A DNA stretch of 64,000 bases from the human T2T-CHM13v2.0 reference genome, Homo sapiens: the NCBI RefSeq assembly GCF_009914755.1, contig NC_060933.1; one strand, written 5' to 3'. The translations under genes and the position numbers were made by a program. Positions 49,225-64,000 of the stretch are shown here, piece by piece (position 1 is the stretch's first letter; every line of letters begins with the position of its first letter). The notes under the pieces were generated by a model. That model saw nothing but the letters and a program-made list of their open reading frames with translations, ran no database searches and was not told the DNA's origin.

Positions 49225-49520
49225 AGGTCGGGTTAATCTGTGAGGCAGGGAGGTGGCTGATGCCTTGGTGCGGCATCTCCACATGGACTGGGGCTGTTTT
49301 TACCCTGGACTTTCTCCTCCAATCACGCTTCATGACGTCACTCCCCTCATTAGGCAGCTCAAAGGGATTATCAAATGACTGCCGGCGCCTGCGGTTCCTG
49401 TGCCAGGTCAGAGCTGCAACTCTGTGCTACGTTTCTGTGTGGCTTTCTTGAAACTACTTCTCTTTATTTTTGTTGGCGTGGCTATTTATTGTTATCTGTA
49501 ACGACGCAATATGCTGCCGA
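49225..49520. promoter_or_regulatory. Candidate intronic enhancer or internal promoter
   Basis: TGACGTCA 49333-49340, CCAAT 49319-49323, TAATC/GGATTA, MEF2-like 49482-49491, AGATAA (minus) 49492-49497; locally CpG-rich with no recognisable repeat. Confidence 0.45.
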
Positions 49521-52289
49521 AGTCTGGGAAGGAGAGGGGAGCTGTAAGTCTACACCAGTGTTAACTGGCTAACCTTGGATGCCTGTCATTTGATGTTGGA
49601 CATTTGAAAGATGGCAGCATCTCTGGGGAAGGAGGGACTGAACACTTTTGACCACCTACCATGTCCCAGGTTCTATGTGAGTTGCTCTCAAGACCTTATT
49701 GCATTTATTGACCAAAACAATCCTATGAAGGAAATTTTATTACTGTCCCCATTTTATGGATGGAGAAAGTAGGCAAGGTGTGGTTAAATGCCTTGCCCAA
49801 AGGGTTTAAACCCAGGCAACTTCATTCTAGGGCCTATGTGCAGCATCATCACCCAGTGTCACCTGAGTGAAGCCCTCCAGGGTAGGGGAGGACACAGAGC
49901 ACAGAGGGTAGGCAACAGAGGGTGATGGGCAAGGCTGGAGAAGTTGGCTGGGGACCCAGGGAGGGGGTCACATTAGAAAAGGCTCTGGATGCCACACCAA
50001 GGAGATGAAACTTGGGACTAGGGGCATGAAGGAGAGCTAGATGGAAGCAGGAGTTTGAGTGGAGAGGAGGGGGTGTTCTGGAGGATGGGGGAATGGAGGA
50101 GGCAGGCCTTCGATGAGGCCGAGGCCTGGGCAGAGCTGTGGGATTGCATCTGAGATGCAGCTTCACCAAGAGCCCAGCTGTTCCTAGTGCCGGCTCAGAG
50201 GCCGAGCAGCTGAGATGGTACCAGTCTTTCTAGCCTGAGGCAGCAGAAAACAGGCTGGGTGGCTGATGAGGAGTGCTCTGCCGAGAGCTGACTTCAGAAA
50301 CTCCGCATGAGATGAAGGCTGGACTTCGAACATGGTGTTGGAGGTGCTGGGCGGAGCAGGCCCACCAGAGAGTGGTGGGTGGTTGGAGCCTTTTTCACAG
50401 AGCGGGTGACTGGGACCAAGAATGTGGGTAACTCACTGGAGGAAGAAGAGTAGGGAGAGGAGGACATGGGGCGTCCAGGTCACCTGTAGTTGGTATGGCC
50501 TGTCTCCCAAGTGGAACATTTCCATCAGCTCAGCTCTGGCTTGCTCACTCACACACACAGTCAGTGCTGTCCATTTAGTCTCTGGACTAGGCTCTGGCAA
50601 AAGAATGGTAAGAAAACAGCCCAGTTTCCACCCTCACAGAGTCTACGTTAAACAAACACCAGGTAAGTATGAAATGACAAATGAGAGTGAGCGTCTGAAC
50701 AGAATCAGTACAGCGTGTGAGGGAGGCACTTGGGGTAGGGCTGGGGGAGACCAGGGAAGAGCTATGGAGAAGAGCCTAGGAGCAGAAGAGTAGCAGTGAG
50801 AAAGTGCGGAGAAGGTCCAGGGCTTGGGAGCGGCAGGAGGAGCGGTTCCGGGCTGGGGAGGGCAGGCCCCTCTGAACGGAGTGGCCTGGCAGGCTTGCTA
50901 TCTGCTGATGGGAGGAGCCTGGAGGGCAAGCTCAGGTGTGCCCTCCTAACTCAGGTGTGACATGGGTGAGATGCATCACTCATGTATTCACCTAACTGCT
51001 CACTAAGCCAGTGCACATTATTGAACTCCTACTGTATACTAGGATGAACAGGAGCCAGTCCTTGCCTTTGGGAGGCCCAGGAGGTGATGAGGAGGACAGA
51101 CGAGAAACATGTATTTTTTTTTTAACCTTAAAATCTTTTATCACTTCAACATGTAGATTTCAACATTAAAAGCGTCCCTGCTGGGCAACAAGCAGAGTGC
51201 ACAGGTTCCTGGCAGGGCTAAGTTCTTGGCGCATAGCCTACAGGGTTGTAGGTCAGAGGCTGCTGGGAGTCAGCAAGCACTTGTAATTCGCAGTGCCTCC
51301 CCTGCCCACTCAGGGAGGTGATGCTGGCTGGCTTTAGGGACCCTTCAGGTGGGGCAGAACCCAGGAAGGAAGTGGGGTAGGGAGACTCATCGTTTAGATG
51401 GGACAGCCTCGGGCCACTCACCCCCAAGGGCAGTTGGCAACCTGGGGGTCTTGCAGCTATCAGAGACAGGCTTAGCCAGGCCACCCCCTGGCTTCTGGCT
51501 ACTTCCGTGTGCTTAGGCACCTGTCCTGCTACCCTGCCAGTGGCAGGGTGTATCTTATCCAGGAGCAGCTCAACTGTATCCAAGTCCTGGGCTGGAGCCA
51601 GTTTCTCCCACCTGTCCCTGGGATGCAGGAGAACATCTTCCAGCCATCTGCCCAGAGCCAGCCCGAGCAGCTGGCAGCAGGAGGAGCCGGGGATGTGTGC
51701 TGTTATCTCTCTGCGTCCTGAGTGGAATTACCAAATGAGTGAACTCTGCCAAGGCAGGGAGAGGAAACAGAACTCAATGTTCTTTTTCAGAGTTCAAAAA
51801 TAGTCCTTTTTGAGTTTTGAGGAAGATCTAGACTTAAAAAAAAAAAAAAATCAAGTTCCCCAGTGCTAAATTCAGCCTTGCCAATATCTACAAAGAATGA
51901 AGCAACAGGCAATGTTGATGTGCCGTTTTCTCCCGTCACTCACTTCTGTTGACGTGGAGTGTGGCACAAAACCAAGTGAGAGGGAAAGTTGCGATTTTGT
52001 GCCTAGGGCTGGCAGAAGGTAATACTAGCCCCAGGCATTCTGCCCATCAGTGGAAATCTAGCTGGGCCCTTCCCTTCCTTCCTCTTTCCCTCCTTTCTTC
52101 TTTTCGTCCTTCCTTTTTGTAATTCTAATTTCCTCTGAGCTGCAAAATGGTTTTATTTCTTCTTAGCCCTGCTGTTAACATATGTAACCTCCTAGAATAA
52201 ATATATGTTATCTGTCCTTAGGATGCCAAAGTCAAAGGGAAGTTTTAGAACTTTAGAACTGCTAGTGACCTAGTGAATGAGAATACTAA

Positions 52290-52739
<450 letters not shown>

Positions 52740-53448
52740 TAAAAACATGAGAAATTGTTGTGTCACTAAGTCCTATGGGTAGGTAAGAGATCAGTTTAAA
52801 CACTCCATTTTACAGGTGAGAAAACTGAGCGTCCCCCCAGCCCCCAAAAAGGAAGTGACCTATACAGGGTTACCCAGAAAATTCATACCAAGGCTCAGCC
52901 TGAAATGCAGGTCTGCTTCCTCTTGGTCTCCCAGCAGTCTCGTGTAACTTCACCGCCTCCATCCCTTTTCTAGACCATCACAGGAAGCTGGCATCTGTGT
53001 GCCAAATGCACTTTCTATTTTCCACCTCTCTCCACTCTAAGCCACACCAGTCAGCCATATGAGGCTACATCTTTTATATGATCCCCGCAAAACCTGTACG
53101 AAACCCCAGCACATCCCAGAACCCCCGTGAGCTGCTCCGTGGGAGCTGGAGAGCCTGCCCCAGAATGGGACTCCTTCTTGGTGATCTGATTCACCTGCTG
53201 CTGACTCAGGCCTCAGCTTCTGTTGCCCACGTAGATGCAGCCTAAATTAAAACCCACGAGAGCTTGAAAAAATGCAGATGCCTCTCTCCCCACCAGTTCT
53301 CTTAGTGATGAACAAGCAAGTCTAATTTTAGCAGAGAAGAATCTTAGAATGTGAGAAACAGAAAGGACTTTGAGATCATCTCATCTTGTGGTTTTCGACT
53401 CTCACTCAGCAACAGAATCACCTGAGGAGGTTTAAAAAAAAAAAAATC

Positions 53449-53932
<484 letters not shown>

Positions 53933-54424
53933 CTAGACAGGGGAGGAGAACTGCCCAAGGTCACACTGACATCAGGGGCATGGTCAGGGCTGGAACTTGG
54001 GTTTCCTGACTCTTCATTAAGGGCTCCCATATTGTCTCTCTAACAGGAAACCATATCTAATCAAGTGACTTGGATATTTTTTAAAAATCATCACCAAATA
54101 TTTGCTAAATACCGTATTCAGGGAGAGGTGGAAGAGAAAATATCCTTCTCTGACCTCCAGAAGCCTACAGTCTAGTAGCAGAAGCAGACGTGTATCTAGA
54201 TATGTCTAACACCACATAGATTCTGAGGCATACACCAGGTGCTGTGGGAGAATTAGAAAGGGAGAGGAGGAATCCAGGAAGACTCCCTGGAGGAGGAAGA
54301 GTTACTCCTAGTCTTGAAGGATAGGGCCATAGAGTTGTTAGATAAAATACAGTATGTTCAATTGAATTCAAATTTCAGAGAACAACAAATATGTCCCAAT
54401 ATTGAATGGGGCGTACTTAGCTAA

Positions 54425-54814
<390 letters not shown>

Positions 54815-55597
54815 TTTGTTGTTTATCTAAAATTCCAAGTCAAGTGGGTGCAGAGAATCACCAGCAGAAGGGAGAGTACTAGCAAAAGCAGGAGCAGCTA
54901 TGAGCAGGGGCTGTTTGTGTAGCTGGAGCAGAGAAGCTGTTGGGAGGGGGAGTGCAACAACACTGGTGAGGTGGGGCCAGCCCAGGGAAGGCCTGTGAAG
55001 CCAGGCTCTGGGTTTGGATTTGGCTGTACAAGCCACTGTCCTCCCATCTGGACAGCTGCAACAGCCTCACAGCTCTGCAGCCACATCCATCTCTCCCCTC
55101 TGTAGTGAGTTCTCAACACAATAGTCAGAACTCAGGTCAGACCATCTCACTTCCTGCTCAAGCCTCTAATGGCTTCCCAGGCTGTTCCTAGGAAAAGACA
55201 CCCGAACTCCTTACTCAGCCTAGAAGACCCTGTAGAATCTGACCTTGCCTAGGTGAATAAAATCTACTCCAGAGGGTTATTGGGCAGATCAAGGAGGGGA
55301 GTGTCAGGCAATGGTTCTCAACCTTGGCTGCTCATTGAAACCATCCAGGGAGCTTTAAAAATGCAGGTGCCTGAGCTCCACCCCCAGATATTTTGGGTTA
55401 ATTGGTCTAGGGTGGGACTGGGCATCAGGAATTTCAACAGATCCCCAGGTGATTCCAGTGTGCAGCCAAATTGGGAATGATGGATACAAAGTGTCTTCCC
55501 TGGCCCAGAGCATGTGCTCAGTGAGAGGGGTGGTGTTGCCATGCGTCTGATTATTACCGCCACACATCCAGCTTCTATCCTGTTTCCCCCAGCAGTG

Positions 55598-56206
55598 ATT
55601 GTCACAGCTGTGTCATCACTGGTGTCCTGGCCTTGGCCTCTTCCTACTCTCCACCTCCCAACATGCAGCACAGAGCAGCTGGAAAGGTCTTTCCTGAAAT
55701 GCCAACCTGACCTTCCTCCCTCACTGGCCTGCCACTCTCTGAACTTCGAGGCTTTCCCACCTGCATTCCTCTGCCTGTAATGTTCTATAGCCCTTCTCTT
55801 AACTTGACCAACACTTACTCCTCCTTTGCATCCCAAGTTCCTCTTTTATGCTGTCTTAGGACTGAACTTTTTCCTCTACCACACTCAGCATACCCTGTGC
55901 TGGTTTTTCATTGTGTGGGAACTTGCTTGGCTCCTCTCTCCCCCAGCACACTTTCAGCTCCATGAGCGGAGACCCAGTCTTTCTTATTCTCCACTGTCCC
56001 CACCAGAGCCTAGCACACAGTGCTGGGGTGGGCCTCATTACATGTTGAACAAATGAATGGATGAAAGAATGGCTGAGCACGGGAGCAATAAGATCAGGTT
56101 GGCATTTCCAGAAAGAGCTTTCCAGCTGCTTTGTGCTGCATGCTGGGAGGTAGAGGGAAGGAAGAGGCCAAGACCAAGACACCCGTGATGACACAGCTGT
56201 GACAAT
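55598..56206. repeat. Inverted repeat with 117-bp arms (55598-55714 and 56090-56206) and 375-nt spacer
   Basis: Ungapped manual alignment, 105/117 identical. Confidence 0.92.
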
Positions 56207-56672
56207 ACAGCCAAAGAATGATCAGGCCTCCATTAGGATGGAGATGATGGGATGGGAGGGGGACAGATCTCAGAGACACTGGGATGGTCAAATGGGCTTA
56301 TGGGGAGAAGGTACCACATTCCCTGATGTTTTACCCTGAGGGACAGGCAGGATGACAAGATGGAAAGAGAGCCTTCCAAAGAAAGAGGCTGTCACTGGAA
56401 AGAGCCATTCTGGTTTGGCCACGTTGAGCTGGATGTGCCAGCAGGACATCAGGGAATCAGAGGCCAGGGGCAGAGCAGCCTGGGCTGGGGCTGGGGATTT
56501 CAGAGTCACATCAATAGAGGTGAGAGTAAAAGTAAAATAAAATTTTGAAGTTTTCATGCAAGTGTTTCTTGCCATTTCTGTGAGCCAGAGTTCCCGGGGT
56601 TTGGAGTGTGGGTCCCTAGGAGGCTCTTCTGTCTGCAGAGGCACATCATGAGCCCTTCCCTTGTCCCTGCAG

Positions 56673-56762
56673 CGATCCTGGGCATGCACACGCTCATGAG
56701 TAACCAGCAGTACTACCAGGCCCTGAGCAGCAGCTCCATCATGAACAAGGAGGGGCTCAACA
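56673..56762 (+). CDS. TMOD1: Tropomodulin-1 exon 5 (90 nt)
   Basis: ccctgcag|CG; (A)ILGMHTLMSNQQYYQALSSSSIMNKEGLN; donor ACA|GTGAGT. Confidence 0.98.
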
Positions 56763-56999
56763 GTGAGTATGCGCCCGCCCCCAGGAGGGACCTCATGCTT
56801 CTTGCTTCCTCCACTCACTGATGTTCTCTGGCTCATTGCAGAAGTTTTAACATGTTATATAGCCAAATCTGTTCATCCTTTCCTTTGAGTCTCCTGGGAT
56901 TTGTGTCTTGTTTACAAAGGCCTTCTCTATCCCAGTATTATAGAAATGTTCTCCTATATTTTCTTCTAAAAGTTTTAGAGATTTACTTTTTATATTCAA

Positions 57000-57486
<487 letters not shown>

Positions 57487-57978
57487 TGAGCCCTTTTGTC
57501 CTTTCCTGTGCCAATATTGCATTGCCTTAATTACTCCACTGCATTGTTCCAAAGCTGGCATTTTGGCCCCAAACAGAAATGAGGCTGCCAAAAAAAATAA
57601 TTATTCCTCCCTCTGGAAGATTGATGCATTTCTTTCCCATCCGGGCTTCATCTTAGCCTCCCAAGAGTCCACTGAGGTCATGAGCCCCGGGAAAATGACT
57701 AGCCCTGCCTTACAGATGTAGACCCAAGGTTCAGAGAGTTTAAGTAATTCACCCAGTTCTTGCAGGACGTCAAAGGCAGAGTCCAAGTAGAACCCCAGCC
57801 TCCTGGCTCCCTTGCGGGGCTTCTTCTGAGTGGTGCCCCCTACCCCCACCCAGCCCCTGTGATGTGCAGCCCTCACGTGCCCCAACCCTGCACATGCTCC
57901 CTTCCACAGTATCTTTGTGTTGGCAGAAAGTGAGCCCCTTGTTTCTGTGAGCCACCTCCCTTTCATCGGTCACTCTAG

Positions 57979-58109
57979 GCGTGATTAAACCCACACAATA
58001 CAAGCCTGTGCCCGACGAAGAACCAAATTCAACAGACGTAGAGGAAACGCTGGAACGGATAAAGAACAACGACCCAAAACTTGAAGAAGTTAACCTCAAT
58101 AATATCCGG
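57979..58109 (+). CDS. TMOD1: Tropomodulin-1 exon 6 (131 nt), start of LRR domain
   Basis: ctctag|GC; (S)[43 protein letters not shown]; donor CGG|GTAAGG. Confidence 0.98.
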
Positions 58110-59788
58110 GTAAGGTCCATTTATTTCACTTTACCTGTGTGTGGCTGGGGGAGGGGGAACCATGTCACCCAAATGCAAACGGTCCAGGGTTGGTTGTGCA
58201 GAGTAAACAGGGTCCTGTTTGGATTCTGGGTGTTTCTGCATTGGGAATAGGGACAAAACCTTTGCAAATGGGAGCCTTTAAGAGGGGTGGGCAGTGTAAA
58301 CAAGTGCATCTGGCAGTCCTGGTTTCTTTCTGAGGATGATATCAGGCCCAGATGTTTAGCACGGGCCAACCCAGCTTTGATCTGGAAACCTGCCACGTTA
58401 TTCAAAACACTGAGAGATTCTCCGAGATAAAATCATGAGTCAGACACACGCTGCTGCATGGGATCTCAAGGCTGGAAAAGTCTAGTGCCCACTAGGCTCG
58501 GGGGTAACACAGGCCCTGGGCAGGCCCCTCCCCTGTGCCATCGCTGCTGCTATATCACGTTCATATTCAGCCTTGTTTTACAGCCACAGAAGGGAGCTGT
58601 TGGCCAAAATGTCCAAAGCGATATCCCAAGCTGTCTGCCCTTTTCTCTGTGCACATTTCCTTATGTGATCCCGGGGCAGGGGAGGGACAGGTGGACAGGC
58701 AGTCTCACCCTGAACAGGCCGCCGCAGGAAGAATTCAGAGACAAATGCAGCTTTCTACCCACCTGCTGAGCCCAGAGACCAGTGGATTAGTTCTGGGAGG
58801 GGGGTGGGGGTAAGACTAGAAGCCAGCCCCCCATGCCCCTGCTCCACTTTCTTTCCTTCTCCACTTTATTTTAAGCAGCTGCCAGCCCCACGGCACCATC
58901 AGATTGGAAACCTGCACCCTAGTGTTCACCCCCACCTGGCCTCCCCATGCTCTGCTCCCATGGGAGCTAAAGTGACGCTCTGAGAGATTGGTAAAAACAC
59001 AGCCATGTTTTCTTTCATGTGCCCAGTAGGAGACATTGGCACAATTCAGAATGCTGCCCACTGGCAGTGAATGCTGCCTCAGGGCCACATGAGGGATGGA
59101 ATCTCCCTGTGAGGCCCCAGCCTCCTCTGGGCCTCAGTTTCTCCTCTGCACTGTGAGCCTGTTGGACCAGATCAGTGGTTTTCACCTGAGAAGATTAAAA
59201 AATATATACCAACGCCCAGGCCTGACCCTAGAGATTCTGATTCTATTGTTCTGGGCCGGCCCAAGCATCACCATTTTGTAAAAGTTCCCCAGGAGTCTCT
59301 GATGTGCCGCTGGAGCAGAGACCCCCTGGGGTAGATGTCTCTTAAAGAGTATCATATGCAACCCCCTTACCTGTTTTCCAGAAACAGGGCCAGAGAGGGC
59401 AGGAGGCTTCCACAGAGACACCTAGCAAGTCAGGAACATTGCCGATCATTGGGACCAAGGCCAGGTTCCAGCCCCTCTCACACCCCTAGTCCTAGCTCTT
59501 TGCACAATACTACACGCCTTAATTTTTGCCTCTTCTCTGGCCCCCAAGTGCACAAAGAAAGAGGTTACAGGTCTTATCTGAAATTTTCAGGGAGGATTTT
59601 CTAAATCTGTTTACCAGAAAGTTCTCCCCAGATTTCAGTCGTCCGGGACAAAGCCTAAACCTTTTGCCCATTCAGCTTTTTGGCCAGAGACTTGCCAGGA
59701 ATCAGAGAGTAGCCAGGCTAATCCACCTGCCTCAGCCTGTCCCAGAGGAGGCTTCTGGTCACTCTCTCTGTTGCCTTTCTTTGTGCAG

Positions 59789-59896
59789 AATATCCCCATC
59801 CCCACCCTCAAGGCATATGCAGAAGCCCTGAAAGAAAACTCATATGTGAAGAAGTTCAGCATCGTGGGGACACGGAGTAATGACCCCGTGGCGTAT
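59789..59896 (+). CDS. TMOD1: Tropomodulin-1 exon 7 (108 nt), LRR domain
   Basis: ttgtgcag|AAT; [36 protein letters not shown]; donor TAT|GTATGT. Confidence 0.97.
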
Positions 59897-60265
59897 GTAT
59901 GTACCTTTCTGTTCTGTTGCATTGTGGCTGGGGGCCTTGAAACAGAAGGGTTGAAATATGTGGCCTCAGGACTGGTTGTATCCCACTAACAAAGAGCTCT
60001 ATGTGGTACAGTGGAAGGCATTGGACCAGGAGCCATGAGGGGTGTAGAGGGAACAGCCATCACCTGGCACCACCTACACGTCATCCTGGCCAATCCTCAC
60101 ACCCACTTCTGGTCTCAGATGTGCAGTTCTCCCCACTTTGCACTTAAAAAATCTAGGGTTCGGAGAGGTCAGGCAACTTGTTTTGTCCAGTCACACAGCA
60201 AGTGAGAGGTGGACCTGCAAGTCCAGTGCAGTCACGTGACCCCTAAATCTTCACTCGGCACATCA

Positions 60266-60653
<388 letters not shown>

Positions 60654-62834
60654 TGATGGTTTCATCAGCAGGTCCCAATGACCAATTTTATTTTATAAGT
60701 CTCAAAAGATATTTCTGATCAAATTAAATTGTACTTACTCTGAAGTAGCCATCAACTCTTCTTTTTAAACATCCAGCACATATGTATTGAGAGTCTCTCT
60801 GTGCCCAACGCTGAATTAGGTTCTGGGAATACAATTGTGACCAGTCTCAGCTTCCACTTTCATAAAGATTCTGGTCCATTTGGCCAAGCAGACAACTAAA
60901 GGGTAACAGTACAGTGCAATTACTGCAAAGCTAGATTCCTGCAAGAAGGGCAGAAGCTAGTTTATCAGGGCTAGTAATTAACCATTTAGTAGCAATCGAT
61001 TTTTTTCTGATTCTTAAAATAGGTAAGACAGTGTTCTTTCATATTTTTGAAATAATAGAAATAGCTCACAGTCTCTCATTGCTGTCAGTGGGGAACCTCT
61101 GGATTGATGACCTCTGACCTCAGATCTCCATGGTTCCTTGCCCATAGGAACACAGCTGGCAAAGCCACATGCCCTGTATGCTACTATGTCATGGGTCAGA
61201 AACCAAGCACATCCATTCTGGCCCTCAGCTCAGGTCCACAAATGTTTTTTGGGCATGGACTCTGCCAGACCAACAGCTGATATCAGCCTATGCACACCAG
61301 TATGCCCGTGTCAAACACTGAGATGCTTCTGGGCCAGTTGGTAAATCAGGCTGCCAGAGCTCTGTCAGGGCCCCCACCGCCTGCCCTAGCTTTTCTCCTG
61401 GCCCCGGTTCCTCCACTGGGACCCAGCATACAAGGAGTTAACACCTGGCAAGACAGGGCCTCCAGGACCTGCTCAGCCACCAGCATGTCCAGTTGGATCA
61501 GCCTAGCAGGTTGCCTACTGGTTGTTATTTTGATTTTTTTTATTAGATTTGATTAAGCCAGGCCAGGCCTTTCCTGGGAGCAGGAAGGTTCTGGTGGAAG
61601 ACACAGAGAGGACTCTGGCTGGGTCCTTTCCCTCAGGAGGGCCAGCCAAGTCAGAGACAGACGCCATCATAGAGAAAGCTGACATGCCATCCCGGGGGCA
61701 CACTGAAGTGAAGGGCACTGAGGAGGGGGCGATGATTTCAAAACAGAGGGCTTCCTGGGAGCTAGCCTCTCAGCAGGTCTCAGCAAGGCAGGGGCGACGG
61801 GGTAGGTATTCCTGGCTCGGAGCATCATTTTAGGCAGCAGGGCCCACCGATCAGTATGTCCTATCAGCTGCTGGTGTCTTTTTCCCTCCATGACGCATCG
61901 TTTCCACCAACTGCTAATTATCTCATTTCCTTCAGAGGCTCTGATTGTCATCTACACCCCCTGGCTGAGTTCCTCTGAAACGTGCTAGGGGCCACCTAAG
62001 CTCCTCTTCTCCAGTTTGCCCTGGTCACTTGCCCAGTGGGTGGTTTCCCAGGCTTCCCTCTTCTGCTCTGTAGTGCTCAGATGAAGAAAACCATGTCTCC
62101 ATGGAATTTCCACAGGGCAATAAAGAGACAAGTGGGGAGTATGTACAGGAGGTTGAGGCTCCACTGGTCACTCAGTGAACAATGCCTGAGGGCCTATTAT
62201 ATGCTGGGTACTGTGGCCAACATGGGATAGATAGGATGCATTTTCAGCCCACCAGGAGTATATAGTCTAATAGCAGAGACAACACCAGTATGAAAACAAC
62301 TCTGAACAGAGGAATCCAAGGTCCACAATGAGGGAAGTATGGCTCCATTCTATGAGGATTTGAGAGGGTAGGCTACAGCTAGCTGGGGAATGTCAGCAAG
62401 AGTTCTTGGAGAAAGAGACATTGAGAATGCCCTCGAAAGATGGGTAGAGCTTGGACAGGGAAGCAGAAAGGGAAGGGAATTCCAGGTGGGAGGGAAAGAA
62501 AGGGCAGAGACAAAGTGGGAAAGCACCGAGCAGGCATGGGGAGCTGCGAGTAGCCCCACTGAAGAGGAGCAGTGAGAGTTGATTCTGGACAGGGGAGTAG
62601 ACCCAGGTCATAGAAGCTTTGCATGTAGGCTAAGCAGCATAGAATTCTCCTGTGGGGGATCAGGAGCCATGGCGGGTTGCAGGAGAGGAGAGACACAGTC
62701 AGAGTTGTGCTTGGTGAAGGACATGGTGGAGATCATCCTCCTGTTCCCCTAGGTGTCTTAGGATCTACCCAGAGGGGCCTCCAGCCTTGCTCGGGGTGAC
62801 TCATGGGTATCCTTGCTTTCTCTTGTGCTTCAAG

Positions 62835-62978
62835 GCCCTTGCTGAGATGCTCAAGGAGAACAAGGTGTTGAAGACACTGAATGTGGAATCCAACTTCATT
62901 TCTGGAGCTGGGATTCTGCGCCTGGTAGAAGCCCTCCCATACAACACTTCTCTGGTGGAAATGAAAATTGACAACCAG
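62835..62978 (+). CDS. TMOD1: Tropomodulin-1 exon 8 (144 nt), LRR domain; gene continues beyond the window
   Basis: ttgtgcttcaag|GCC; [48 protein letters not shown]; donor CAG|GTGAGA. Confidence 0.98.
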
Positions 62979-64000
62979 GTGAGATGGGCAACGGTCTCCT
63001 CAGGTCTGTTACTACATGCAGCTCGCTGGCCTGCAGTGTTTCCCATGCTGCTGGATGGAGCTGAGAATGCTGATGATAGAAGCTCAGAGCCCAGCTTTGA
63101 GGGACCTCCAAGGTCCCTAAAGTTCACACCCTCTACCACGCTCACCTTCCTTCTTCATCGCTTCCACTACGTGCTCTTCCAGTTCTGATTGAGTCCCTCT
63201 CATGATGGGGGACACACTCCTTACCAACATCATCACTTCCATTCTTAGGCAATGAGAACATTCTTCCTTATATCCGGTAGAAGTCAGCTCCCCGTAAGTC
63301 CTGTTTGTTGGGCTTAGCTCTGTTCTCTGCTTCACTCAGGACATCTGTTGCACAGATCTCATGGACCACTAAGCTCTCCTTCTCCAGGTTAAAATTCCCA
63401 GTTTTCTTCATTCACCCCCATTCAATGCGGCTTTTGAATTTCCTCACCATTCACATTACTCTCTAGGCAATTCTAGTTTGTCTTTATTCTTATGGAGTTA
63501 CTGTTTCTCTGTAACTTCTGTGGGTCAATCATTTTATCTGCGGGGCAACTCTTTCAGCTCTGACTTTCTAAGAGGATGCTAATAACAACATCTTACATGT
63601 TACATGTGTTGAGAGTGTACTGTGGACCAGGCTCTGAGATACACATCTTACATCCATCATCTTTGATCTTCACAACAACCCTACAGAATGTGGGTATCAT
63701 CAGTCTCAGTTTTCAGAAAATAGTCCAGACAGGCCAAAGATAAGCCCCTTTTTCAGGGCCATAGGGTCAGCATTTAGGAAGCAGGATTTGAATCCAGGTC
63801 TCTTTGACTCTAAAACTCACACTTATTCCACTGCAGCATGTTGCTTTTGATGTTAAAATGCTTTCTTTTTTATGAATGGGGACTCAGTTTTTTTTTTTCC
63901 ACTACATGAAAATTTTTGCTGAATGGTTGTATAAATGTATGCATGGGAAAAAGATTGGAATGAAATATTACAAAATTCTAAACAGTGGTTATACCTGAGT

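Noticed and set aside
56288-56836. 182-aa minus-strand ORF
   Set aside because: Antisense shadow of exon 5 extending into L2-like sequence

Overview
Primate (very probably human) genomic DNA, Alu/L1/L2/MIR-rich, lying inside the tropomodulin-1 gene (TMOD1, + strand). Seven coding exons (18156-62978, all GT-AG, 290 codons, MSYRRELEKY...EMKIDNQ) are present. The non-coding first exon and the last coding exons lie outside the window. The main unexplained structure is on the minus strand between about 31600 and 12950: a chain of about ten exon-like blocks with splice signals and matching phases, carrying scattered stops, frameshifts and one dead acceptor. Joined, they give a multi-pass membrane protein with a long hydrophilic tail. 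By eye, and from memory of the sequence, it resembles the orphan GPCR GPR149. This looks like an unprocessed (possibly unitary) pseudogene interleaved antisense with TMOD1, with TMOD1's first coding exon inside one of its introns. Other items of interest: an antisense MLT2/HERV-L remnant next to that exon, a 117-bp 90%-identical non-Alu inverted repeat upstream of exon 5, a pre-miRNA-like hairpin, templated insertions inside repeats, a tandem splice donor, and candidate enhancers. Repeat subfamily names are from recognition by eye and boundaries are approximate. Many small MIR/L2 fragments are not itemised.
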